Positions 55,251-64,000 of a stretch of DNA of 64,000 nt are shown here, piece after piece; positions within the stretch are counted from its first letter, which is position 1, and the number at the start of each line of letters is the position of its first letter. The stretch covers positions 3,373-67,372 of the forward strand of contig JBAYKU010000003.1 in NCBI GenBank assembly GCA_041664425.1. The letters run 5' to 3'. The stretch is from Minisyncoccota bacterium (lineage in GTDB: Bacteria > Patescibacteriota > Minisyncoccia > Phycocordibacterales > XYD1-FULL-46-19). The notes below the pieces were generated by a model, which saw only the letters and a list, made by a program, of their open reading frames with translations, did not search any database and was not told the origin of the DNA. The position numbers were made by a program, and so were the translations under genes.

Positions 55251-56261
55251 TTACTCTGCTATTTTTTCTTTGATCTGAGTGGCGACTTGCTCTTTGATTT
55301 CTGGATTGTCGCGCAGGAAAGTGCGGGCCGCATCATAGCCTTTACCTAATTTAATACTGCCAAAAGAATAGGAGGCACCAGCTTTGGTTACTACGCCGTT
55401 TTTCTCACCTAGGGCAATCAATTCGCCTTCGGGGGAAATGCCTTCATTGTAGAGAATATCAAATTCAGCTTGTTTGAAAGGAGCCGCGACTTTATTTTTA
55501 ACTACCTTGACCCGAACTCGACCGCCGACAATCTCTTCACCCTTTTTGATTTGGGCGATGCGACGGATATCGAGGCGGACAGAAGAGAAGAATTTGAGAG
55601 CCTTGCCACCTGGGGTAGTTTCGGGATTGCCAAACATCACACCAATCTGCATACGAATCTGATTGATGAAAATAACGACCGTATTGCTTTTAGCGACGAT
55701 GGCCGTCATCTTGCGTAAGGTTTGCGACATCATACGGGCTTGTTTACCGACGTGATAATCGCCAACATCTCCCTCTATTTCATCTTTTGGTGTCAGAGCG
55801 GCGACTGAGTCGATAACCACGACGTCAATTTTACCGGTGCGGACGAGACTCTCGGCAATATCGAGGGCTTGCTCGCCGTAGTCTGGTTGGGAGATGAGTA
55901 ATTCATCAGTTAAGACCCCGAGACGCTTGGAATATTCTGGATCGAGAGCGTGCTCAGCATCAATAAAAGCACAGATGCCGCCTTTCTTTTGGGCTTCGGC
56001 AATGATGTGGAGGGCGAGGGTCGTCTTACCAGAAGATTCTGGTCCGAAGATCTCAATGACTCGTCCACGGGGGACGCCACCCACTCCTAGGGCCATATCT
56101 AGGCCGAGAGATCCAGTAGAAATAGCGTCGACACCTACTTTTGGTTTGTCACCCAGCTTCATGATCGCTTCATCGCCAAAACGGCTTTGAATAGATTTGA
56201 TTGTTTCTAAAACCGAAGCGCGATCGCCGCCAATCGGATGTGATTTCTCTTTTTTTGCCAT
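55251..56261 (-). CDS. recA: recombinase RecA
   Basis: [35 protein letters not shown]. Confidence 0.99.
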   Translation of the reverse strand: MAKKEKSHPIGGDRASVLETIKSIQSRFGDEAIMKLGDKPKVGVDAISTGSLGLDMALGVGGVPRGRVIEIFGPESSGKTTLALHIIAEAQKKGGICAFIDAEHALDPEYSKRLGVLTDELLISQPDYGEQALDIAESLVRTGKIDVVVIDSVAALTPKDEIEGDVGDYHVGKQARMMSQTLRKMTAIVAKSNTVVIFINQIRMQIGVMFGNPETTPGGKALKFFSSVRLDIRRIAQIKKGEEIVGGRVRVKVVKNKVAAPFKQAEFDILYNEGISPEGELIALGEKNGVVTKAGASYSFGSIKLGKGYDAARTFLRDNPEIKEQVATQIKEKIAE

Positions 56262-56378
56262 ATGTTTGCTTGTCCGCTTAGGTTCTTGGATAATCTACCA
56301 AAATTTTATTCACCTGCTTAACTTTTAAAAAAGTTTGGCTGGTAATAAAACTTAAGTAGACAAGAATTTTGGCGGGTT
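56262..56378 (-). repeat. nested palindromic element, copy A (recA leader)
   Basis: About 89% identical by hand alignment (11 substitutions, 2 gaps over 122 columns including the ATG) to 62520-62641. Confidence 0.9.
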
Positions 56379-56390
56379 ATATTAAGTTGC

Positions 56391-56744
56391 TTATTGGAAG
56401 ACCAATTCGACGTTTTTACTAATTTTTCGGCCAAAGCTATCTTCGGCTTTGAACTCAAGTATATTATAGCCTCTGGCTAGTAGCAAAGATTCATTGAACA
56501 CGCCGTTTTCGTCAGTAAAAATCTTGCGGTCGTTAAAATAGATTTTGGCGATCCTCTTAGCTTGGCCACTGATAGTGACTAAGGGAGTCCGATGAGTCGA
56601 GCCCGAGACGGGGGAGTCAATGATAATTTGGGGTCCCAATAAGACATTTTTAAGTTTGAGGCCAGAATAAACAGCCATGACTAAAAACAAAATAGTAATA
56701 GTAATTACTTTTATTGCTTGGCGAGTGGAATTAGGGGAACTCAT
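56391..56744 (-). CDS. small membrane-anchored Ig-like protein
   Basis: TM then GPQIII.SP..G, ISG, DENGVF, GYN..EF.AED..GR. Confidence 0.8.
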   Translation of the reverse strand: MSSPNSTRQAIKVITITILFLVMAVYSGLKLKNVLLGPQIIIDSPVSGSTHRTPLVTISGQAKRIAKIYFNDRKIFTDENGVFNESLLLARGYNILEFKAEDSFGRKISKNVELVFQ

Positions 56745-56791
56745 AGTCTTTGCCTGGTGATTGGGGTGGATGGTTTTTGACTGAATAAAAG

Positions 56792-59020
56792 TTAAAAACC
56801 TTCTTGGCCATGAGCAATATCCTCGACCGTCTCGTCTGGTCGGTGAGAATAGACCTCTCTCGGTTTGGCGCCATCACCGGGACCAATCACCCCGCGTTCC
56901 TCGAGCATGTCGAGTAGACGAGCAGCGCGGGCATAACCAACCTTTAGTTTGCGTTGGAGGTAGGAGGCAGAAGCCTTGCCAGCTTCAACGACGGCCATCC
57001 GAGCTTCTTCGTAGAGGTTGTCATCGTCGCTATCTTCGCCTAAGGCAGTACCATAGAGGGCTTTGTTGCCAGCTACCTCATCGTTGCCTAGGCTAATCTC
57101 AGTCGGGAGAAATTCTCCAGCATACTGGTCAATCAAATAGGAGACGACTTTTTTAACTTCGGTTTCAGTGATGAAGGCCGACTGAACACGAATCGGTTTA
57201 GCCATTTCTCCACCGAGATAAAGCATGTCGCCAGCCCCGAGTAGTTTTTCAGCTCCAGCCATGTCAATAATAGTACGAGAGTCTATTTGCGAGGCGACTT
57301 GGAGGGCAATACGAGAAGGAATGTTAGCTTTAATCAGACCGGTAATAACCTCGACACTAGGACGCTGGGTAGAGAGGAGGAGGTGGATACCGACTGCGCG
57401 AGACATTTGGGCGAGACGGACGATAGCGGCTTCGAGCTCGCGTGGGTAGCTGGTCATAATATCGGCCAACTCATCAATAATGATGACAATATAAGGCATC
57501 CTTTCAATCTCTTCTGATTCATCTACCTCGCTACCTTTTTTACCAAGTTTTGATAGTTTGGTTTCTAAAATATTTTTATGATACGACTGAATATCGCGAA
57601 CCGATTCGGCCTCGAGAATATTGTAGCGGCGATCCATTTCTTTGGCGGCCCAACGCAAAGCCGCAATAGTTTTTTTAGGATCAGTGATGACTGGGGTGAG
57701 GAGGTGAGGAATTTTGTTGTAGAGGGTTAGCTCAACCCGCTTTGGGTCAATCATGATAAAGCGTAATTGTTCTGGTGAATTGCGATAGAGGAGGGAAGTA
57801 ATAATAGTATGGATAGTGACAGATTTACCAGAACCAGTGGCTCCGGCGATCAGCATGTGGGGCGATTTGGCGAGGTTGGTGTATTGGGGTAGACCAGAAA
57901 TGCCTTTACCGAGGGCAATATAAAGTGGGAAGTTGGACTCAGCAAATTCTTTGGTCCCGAGCATGGTCGCTAAACCGACAGTGGCTTTAGTGGTGTTGGG
58001 GATTTCGATACCAACGAGAGATTTACCAGGGATTGGGGCTTCGATTCTGAGTGGGTGGGCGGCGAGAGCGAGAGAAAGGTCGTTTTGCAGGGCGATAATT
58101 CGTGAGAGCTTCATACCCTCGGCTGGCTTTAGAGCATAGCGGGTGACCGATGGTCCGATCGAAACCTCGTCCATTTCGACATTGATGCCAAAATTAGACA
58201 GAGTTCTTTTAATAATATTCATGTTGGCTTTGATGTCGCCAACCCCCGGCTTGCCACTATCTCGTTCGAGTAATGATAGTGGGGGTGGAGTGAAAGCGCT
58301 GATGCCACCGCGTTTGGCAAAAGACATGGCGCTAGCAAAGAAGCTCTCGTCCGAAGTAGTTTTTTTAGGTTCAACAACTTTATTGGCGGAGCGGTCGTCT
58401 TTGTTGGCGTTGTCTACTTTGTTGGCTTCTGATACGCGAGCTTCTTCGTCGGTGGTTAGCTTGCCGTCAACTGGCACGTTCTCCAATTCTTTTTTGCGGA
58501 AAAGTTTGAGGGGATTGAGAAAACCAGTATCAAAAACTACCAATAAAGAAACCACGGCGATAGCAACCAAGAAAATCAAACTGATATAGAAATCAAACAA
58601 AGAGAGCATGGGCTTGGACAAGAGAGTGCCGACATTACCACCAGCTTTTTCGCCGAAAATCAGACTGGTTACAGCCAAAGCCGAAACGAAAAATAGTAGC
58701 CCACCCAGTAGTCTGGAAAGGACAAAGTTTGGTCGCATTGATTTGAAAAAAGAAAAGGACAACGACAGAAACACTACTGGAATCAAGAAGAAACCAGCCC
58801 CGAATAATTTATCGAAAAGCTGATAAATAAAATCACCAGCCACCCCGGCTTTTTGGAAACGGGCGAGCATAAAAAAGGCGGCCAGCGCCAAACCGGCAAT
58901 AGCCAGAGCCCCATGCTTGGTCTCTTCTTTGAAGCTGATTTTAGGAACAGAAAAATCGGGATCAAGATCTTTTTTTGGACGATTTTTTCTCTCGTTTTGA
59001 TTAATTTTTTTACGGCCCAT
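56792..59020 (-). CDS. ftsK: DNA translocase FtsK
   Basis: N-terminal TMs, GPSVTRY, GATGSGKS, IDELAD, TQRPSV, GAEKLLG.GDML, gamma domain LQRKLKVGYARAARL; ATG 59020 preferred. Confidence 0.97.
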   Translation of the reverse strand: MGRKKINQNERKNRPKKDLDPDFSVPKISFKEETKHGALAIAGLALAAFFMLARFQKAGVAGDFIYQLFDKLFGAGFFLIPVVFLSLSFSFFKSMRPNFVLSRLLGGLLFFVSALAVTSLIFGEKAGGNVGTLLSKPMLSLFDFYISLIFLVAIAVVSLLVVFDTGFLNPLKLFRKKELENVPVDGKLTTDEEARVSEANKVDNANKDDRSANKVVEPKKTTSDESFFASAMSFAKRGGISAFTPPPLSLLERDSGKPGVGDIKANMNIIKRTLSNFGINVEMDEVSIGPSVTRYALKPAEGMKLSRIIALQNDLSLALAAHPLRIEAPIPGKSLVGIEIPNTTKATVGLATMLGTKEFAESNFPLYIALGKGISGLPQYTNLAKSPHMLIAGATGSGKSVTIHTIITSLLYRNSPEQLRFIMIDPKRVELTLYNKIPHLLTPVITDPKKTIAALRWAAKEMDRRYNILEAESVRDIQSYHKNILETKLSKLGKKGSEVDESEEIERMPYIVIIIDELADIMTSYPRELEAAIVRLAQMSRAVGIHLLLSTQRPSVEVITGLIKANIPSRIALQVASQIDSRTIIDMAGAEKLLGAGDMLYLGGEMAKPIRVQSAFITETEVKKVVSYLIDQYAGEFLPTEISLGNDEVAGNKALYGTALGEDSDDDNLYEEARMAVVEAGKASASYLQRKLKVGYARAARLLDMLEERGVIGPGDGAKPREVYSHRPDETVEDIAHGQEGF

Positions 59021-59189
59021 ATTTTGATTTTTAGATTCTTTTATAACTGACACTATTATAGCAAAAACCAACCCTATAACCAAAAAAGCCTTATAGGACA
59101 ATGTTTTTTGGATGGCCTATAGACAAAAATGTCCGACAGGTATACAATAAAAGACAATCATTGTCTAGGACAAAAACAAAAAGACAAAC

Positions 59190-60011
59190 ATGTTGGAACA
59201 AAAAGACAACAAATTAAAAGACATAAACCTATTGGCCAATAAGGGTCAGCGTCTATCTCGTGCCATCTATTTGGTCAGCTCGTTTGTCCCCGACCAAGAC
59301 CCTTTGAAGTGGAAGATTAGGGAACGGGCGATTGAATTAATGTCCGATGCCAAAACTTTAGGACAGAGTATTGAAAAGTCCGATAATAATGGACAGAACA
59401 ATTTAGAGTCAGAAATTGTCCTCAACAAATTAAATGGACATCTCGATCAGCTCCTGTCCCTGATGGATTTGGCTGTGGCTGGGGGAGCTATTTCGGAAAT
59501 GAACTTTGGTATTCTCAAACAAGAAACGTCTGTATTATCGGAAAAAGTTTCTCGCGGAATTGAGGAAATTGCTTCTCTGTGTTTTGTTGATGGTCCGGAT
59601 GAAGAGATCAGAACTGTCAATGGTTTTCCAATTTCCGGTTTTAACCGTCAAGTTCGGACACCGGCTATCGCTTCAAATCTGACCCATAACCAAGGTCCTC
59701 ATATTGGACAAGTACATGTCACAGCCCCGGCTGTTTCTAATGGACAAAAAAGTGCCAAAATGATTTCAGGGGAGAGTCCTAGTCCGATTAATCGTGCTCG
59801 ACCAAACAAGTCTGAAAGCCGTGATAATAGAAAGAAAACTATCAATGATTTCGTAAAAGGGAAGAGTTGGACTTCCATAAAAGACATTGCTACGGCAGTC
59901 CATGGTTGTAGTGAAAAAACCGTTCAGCGCCTGCTGGCTGAAATGGTCGAAGAGGGGGCTCTAAAAAAGCAGGGTGAACGTCGTTGGTCGCGATATATGC
60001 TTGCCCAGTAA
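59190..60011 (+). CDS. helical-bundle plus C-terminal winged-HTH protein
   Basis: AIYLVSSFVPDQDPLKWKIR N-domain; SIKDI...CSEKTVQRLL..MV..G.LKKQGERRWSRY. Confidence 0.8.
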   Translation: MLEQKDNKLKDINLLANKGQRLSRAIYLVSSFVPDQDPLKWKIRERAIELMSDAKTLGQSIEKSDNNGQNNLESEIVLNKLNGHLDQLLSLMDLAVAGGAISEMNFGILKQETSVLSEKVSRGIEEIASLCFVDGPDEEIRTVNGFPISGFNRQVRTPAIASNLTHNQGPHIGQVHVTAPAVSNGQKSAKMISGESPSPINRARPNKSESRDNRKKTINDFVKGKSWTSIKDIATAVHGCSEKTVQRLLAEMVEEGALKKQGERRWSRYMLAQ

Positions 60012-60445
60012 GTTTTCTTAGAAAATTTATGTTGGCTTGCCCGGTAGTGATTTTGTACTCAAAATCTACTACCTGGGTTGATTTTTACCCTTGTTTTTGC
60101 TAAGATATCAACAGGCCAAAAACCGTGGTTTCTCTGTGGTTATCCACAAAAGTTTTTGCGGTTTTAGGACAGGAATAATATAATCAGACTATGGCAGTTT
60201 TGTCTGTCCCTTGTCATTTGAATACACCGAAAGAATAAACGTTAGAAACTCCTTTCTTTCCCTTTGTTTATTAAACACTCGCAGAGACGGGTGGTTAATG
60301 AATCGTCGCGAATTGGCTACAAAATAGTTAATTGGTGGCGAGCGTGAACCCGCCGAGATAAGTCGATGGCGGTTGGTTCACCGAAAAATTAATTAGTTTA
60401 TTAGAATAGATTATAAGTTCAATTATTAAGAATTAACCCAATTAT

Positions 60446-62362
60446 ATGAGTAAAATGTTTAAACTTACTTCATTGGTTGTTGGTTTGGCGATGGTCTTGT
60501 CGTTCGTAGCAGTTCCTGCTTCGGCCGCTACCATTGATGAGTTGATGGCGCAAATTGCGACTTTGACTGCCCAAATCGCTGCCTTGAAGGGTGGTGCTAC
60601 TGCTACCACTGCTACCACTTTCACCCGTGACCTTACTGTAGGTTCCACTGGTGCTGATGTTAGCGCTTTGCAGCAAATTTTAATCGACAGTGGTTACTTG
60701 GATATCGTTACCCCGACCACCTACTTTGGTTCTATGACCAAGGCGGCCCTCGTTAAGTACCAGAAAGAGAATGGTATCTCTGCCACTGGTTACTTCGGTC
60801 CAATCACTCGTGGGTTTGTTAACTCAACTGTTACCACTACCACGACCACTACCACCACTACTACTGGTATCACAACTCCAGGTGTTGAAGGTAGTATCAC
60901 CGTTTCCGCTAACCCAACTCCAAGCTCTGGCCAAACCATTCGCGAAGGTGACTCAAATGTTAGCGTGTTAGGTCTTAAATTAGAGGCCAAACTTTCTGAC
61001 ATTAGTATCCAACGCGTAAAGGTTGATTTGGGAACCTCTTCCGTTTTCTACGGCAAGTTGTTCACCACTATCTCTTTGGTTGATGACTCCGGTCGTGTCT
61101 TAGTTGAATCTCCTTTGAATTCTTCTACTGTTGTCAAAGAAGATACCACCTACTACATCACCTTGTCTGGTTTCAACTATGTTGTTGCCAAGAATTCTAC
61201 CAAGGTCTTGACCTTAAGACTTAGCGCCATGGGTTCTATCGATAGCACCTATGATGCCTCTGCTGCTTACGGTCTTTTGATTCCTGCCAACGGTGTTCGT
61301 GGTGTTGATGGTGCTGGCTTGAGCCAGACTGGTCCTTCTACGGCCTTGTCTCGCCGAACTGTTACTATTGATTCCGATGCTTTGGTTGATGCCGCTACTT
61401 TGAAGATCACTTACAACAGTGCTTCTCTCGGTACTCAACAAATCGTTGCTGATCAAAACACTACCAAGGATGAGTATGCCAAACTTCCTCTTTTGACCTT
61501 CGATATGAAGGCTGAAAAGGATAATGTCACTGTGACTGACTTGATTGTCAATATCACCAGAGGTGGAGTTACCACCACTGCGTCTGGCACCACTGTCTAT
61601 CTTATGGACGGTAGTAATGTTATCGGTTCAGCCAACTTGGTTGGTACTAGCTTGACTGCTATGACTGCCACCTTTGCTGATGACTTTGTCATCCCAGCCG
61701 ATACCACCAAGACTTTGACTGTTAAGATGGATGTTGTTGATGCTGGTACTGATATCACCACTTTTGTCGCTGTTGTTACAGCTGGCACTGATGTTGATGC
61801 TGAAAATTCCAATGGTACTGCCGTCGTTGAGACTGGTACTGCCACTGGTAACACTATCTCTATCTTGAAGAGCGGTCTCCAAGTTTCTTTGGATTCCAAT
61901 CCTACTATTGAGAAAGTGATTACTTCCAACAACACCAACAGTACTACGACCGTGACCGCGACCTTCAATGTTCGTGTCAAGGCCTTTGGTGCTGATGTCG
62001 TTTTGCCAACTGTGGCTTCCGATACCCCAATGTTTGCTAAGACTGGTGCTACTAATAGCTTTACGGTTTACGCTGATGGCGTCGCCTCAGCTTTGACTGC
62101 TTACGCTACTAGTACTAACTACACCATCCCATCCACTTGTTCGACTGCTGGTTTGACCAACGGTTGTACTTTGGCTGAAGGTAGTGAAGTTTTGATCCCA
62201 GTCACCTACACCTTCTCGAGCCGAAATGTCGCTGGTACCGCTCTTACTGCTGGTAACTACGCCGTTCAGCTTATCAAGGTTAACTACGGTGCTACTGTGA
62301 CCACTAGCACTTTCATGTCTAGCTTGAGTAATTGGAGATCTCCTTCAACTTACGTCAACTAG
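60446..62362 (+). CDS. secreted S-layer-like protein with peptidoglycan-binding domain
   Basis: Signal peptide (ASA), coiled coil, FTRDLTVGSTGADVSALQ..YFGSMTKAALVKYQ, Thr-rich beta repeats, biased codon use, long leader, terminator. Confidence 0.85.
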   Translation: MSKMFKLTSLVVGLAMVLSFVAVPASAATIDELMAQIATLTAQIAALKGGATATTATTFTRDLTVGSTGADVSALQQILIDSGYLDIVTPTTYFGSMTKAALVKYQKENGISATGYFGPITRGFVNSTVTTTTTTTTTTTGITTPGVEGSITVSANPTPSSGQTIREGDSNVSVLGLKLEAKLSDISIQRVKVDLGTSSVFYGKLFTTISLVDDSGRVLVESPLNSSTVVKEDTTYYITLSGFNYVVAKNSTKVLTLRLSAMGSIDSTYDASAAYGLLIPANGVRGVDGAGLSQTGPSTALSRRTVTIDSDALVDAATLKITYNSASLGTQQIVADQNTTKDEYAKLPLLTFDMKAEKDNVTVTDLIVNITRGGVTTTASGTTVYLMDGSNVIGSANLVGTSLTAMTATFADDFVIPADTTKTLTVKMDVVDAGTDITTFVAVVTAGTDVDAENSNGTAVVETGTATGNTISILKSGLQVSLDSNPTIEKVITSNNTNSTTTVTATFNVRVKAFGADVVLPTVASDTPMFAKTGATNSFTVYADGVASALTAYATSTNYTIPSTCSTAGLTNGCTLAEGSEVLIPVTYTFSSRNVAGTALTAGNYAVQLIKVNYGATVTTSTFMSSLSNWRSPSTYVN

Positions 62363-62421
62363 TCATAATCTAACTTTTAGTTAGTCTGCCAAAAGTAGAC
62401 TCAAACTAAGTTTAAGATTAC

Positions 62422-62448
62422 AAAAAACCGCCCAAAAGGCGGTTTTTT
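62422..62448 (+). terminator. intrinsic terminator
   Basis: AAAAAACCGCC-CAAAA-GGCGGTTTTTT. Confidence 0.8.
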
Positions 62449-62519
62449 GTTTGAAGATTTTTTTATCTAGGGTATATAATGAGGTTGGTTTTTACTATTA
62501 AAATTTTAAAATTTAATTT

Positions 62520-62638
62520 AATCCGGCAAAATTCTTGTCTACTTAAGTTTTGTTTACCCGCCAAACTTTTTTAAAAGTTAAGCGGGTGAATAAAATTTTG
62601 GTAGATTGTGCAAGAAACTTAAGCGGACAGGTAAATAT
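62520..62638 (+). repeat. nested palindromic element, copy B
   Basis: Homologous to 56262-56378 (reverse strand); ends at ATG 62639. Confidence 0.9.
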
Positions 62639-63103
62639 ATGAAAAAGATATCAAAGGGGTGGTGGGGATTAGCAATCGTAGTCGCAGTGATTATTTTTTG
62701 GTTTGGGGTTGGGCAAAAGATGTTTGTCCATTGGCAACAGCAGAGATATATTGCCAGTGTTGAGGTGCTAAAGGCCGAGTATAAAAATGACACTTATGGC
62801 GGGGCGACACCGGAAGAGACTTTGCAGCTGTTTATCAAGGCTTTCCAGGCGGGGGATTTGGAACTGGCCAGTAAGTATTTTATTATCGAAAAACAGGCCG
62901 AATACCTAGATAAGATGCAAAATTGGGTGAAGTTGGGGAAGGGGGAGGAGATAATAAGTACTTTATCATTAGCTACTTGGAGCGGTGATAGTAAATCAAA
63001 TCAAGATCAAATGGATGTGTGGGGAAAAAATAGAGAATCCATACTAAGCATTTTCTTTATAAAAAACGAATTTACTAAGAAATGGAAGCTCATCAATATG
63101 TAA
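62639..63103 (+). CDS. membrane-anchored hypothetical protein
   Basis: N-terminal TM; DTYGGATPEETLQLFI.A..GD.ELASKYF; ends KWKL. Confidence 0.85.
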   Translation: MKKISKGWWGLAIVVAVIIFWFGVGQKMFVHWQQQRYIASVEVLKAEYKNDTYGGATPEETLQLFIKAFQAGDLELASKYFIIEKQAEYLDKMQNWVKLGKGEEIISTLSLATWSGDSKSNQDQMDVWGKNRESILSIFFIKNEFTKKWKLINM

Positions 63104-64000
63104 AAGTAATACTAGCGTTGGTTTTTCTGCCAACGCTAGTATTTGGTTATGATAAAGACATCACCCACCCCTTTTTGACTGGCGAGGCGATCAAATTATC
63201 CGAAGCCAGTTTCAGTCAGAATTTTTCTGGTGCCGAAGTCCAGGCCATCAAAACTGGGTCAATCGAGGAGGATGCTGGTGACCGACCCCTGAACCACTTT
63301 TATGATCCGATTCGTCAGGCCGGTTTGTATGGCTTTGTTTCTTCTAAAAGCTGGGCTCATGGACATAATACTGGTGGCAATGCTTATTCTTGGGAGAATG
63401 CCATTTATGAGTATGTCTATGGTGACAAAGCTAAGGGCCTAAATACTTTGGGTCATGTCGTCCACCTAGTCCAGGATGCGACCGTGCCCGATCATACGCG
63501 GGCTGATAATCACTATTGGCACTCGACTTATGAATCGTATGCCAAGGTTCAGACCTTTGTTGGCTCCGCCGAACCAATCATCCTTGATTCTTTGGATGCT
63601 TATTTTGATCAGACGGCCAGTTTTTCTAATGGTAATTTTTTTAGTGACGATACTATTTTAAATGGATATCAAGAGCCTAAAATAATAAAAGAATCTAAGG
63701 AATTAGGAAAAGACGGAAATTTTAGAAATTATGGTTATGGAAAAGTTGGAGAGAAAATAGTTCTAATTGTAAATGAAATAGGGAATGATGGGGTTATTAA
63801 AAAAAATTATTCTATTTATGATAAGAATGACAACCAAGTCATGTCCGCCTACTGGTCCACGCTGGCACCCAAAGCGGTGGGCTATAGTGCTGGAGTAATA
63901 AAACTATTCTTGGCTGAAGTAGAAAAAGAACGGCAAACTCACGCCTTACAAAAAGCGCGGGAGCCGTGGTGGCAGAAATTGATTGCGGCCGCTAAACTAA
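63082..64000 (+). CDS. secreted zinc-dependent phospholipase C / S1-P1 nuclease-fold protein (runs off window; absent from ORF track)
   Basis: ATG 63082, signal-like ILALVFLPTLVFG, then THP, GSIEED, NHFYDP, LGHVVHLVQDATVPDH, YE; no stop before window end. Confidence 0.78.
   Translation, partial: MEAHQYVKVILALVFLPTLVFGYDKDITHPFLTGEAIKLSEASFSQNFSGAEVQAIKTGSIEEDAGDRPLNHFYDPIRQAGLYGFVSSKSWAHGHNTGGNAYSWENAIYEYVYGDKAKGLNTLGHVVHLVQDATVPDHTRADNHYWHSTYESYAKVQTFVGSAEPIILDSLDAYFDQTASFSNGNFFSDDTILNGYQEPKIIKESKELGKDGNFRNYGYGKVGEKIVLIVNEIGNDGVIKKNYSIYDKNDNQVMSAYWSTLAPKAVGYSAGVIKLFLAEVEKERQTHALQKAREPWWQKLIAAAKL

Noticed and set aside
60001-60036. Possible further degenerate unit of the CCAAA/TTAAG palindrome at the wHTH gene stop
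   Set aside because: Arms are too diverged to assign with confidence by eye.
60826-60870. ACC/ACT trinucleotide run
   Set aside because: Encodes a poly-Thr linker in the S-layer-like protein; not an independent repeat.
1-64000. CRISPR array, rRNA, integrase, transposase, prophage, or a second VR
   Set aside because: None recognised by eye. No second match to the TR 3' end (TGGTGGTTCGCCGGTGTTCGC) was seen outside VR/TR; a computational scan could still find degenerate copies.

Overview
Chromosomal segment of a small-genome bacterium, most likely Patescibacteria/CPR (Parcubacteria-like). This is inferred from gene content: short PolA, rplK with no adjacent rplA, a pilM-type cluster, an S-layer-like protein, tRNAs mostly lacking encoded CCA, and core genes mostly without Shine-Dalgarno motifs. 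The backbone is housekeeping: DNA repair, translation, aminoacyl-tRNA synthetases, a dTMP-cycle cluster, recA and ftsK, plus 7 tRNAs. Four accessory features stand out. (1) A complete diversity-generating retroelement at 23.7-26.3 kb; VR and TR differ at 22 positions, all TR adenines. Its avd-like gene is antisense and a G11 tract appears to put its natural start out of frame. (2) A family of imperfect palindromes with a conserved asymmetric CCAAA/TTA(A/G)G mismatch. One member brackets a GIY-YIG nuclease gene, one is in-frame inside tatD, and two are triply nested copies directly upstream of recA and an exported-protein gene. I propose this as a candidate nuclease-driven mobile palindrome system. 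(3) HNH and LAGLIDADG genes placed immediately 5' of three tRNA genes. (4) A restriction-modification/LexA-like islet at tRNA-Ser. All calls come from reading the sequence by eye; no database searches were run.
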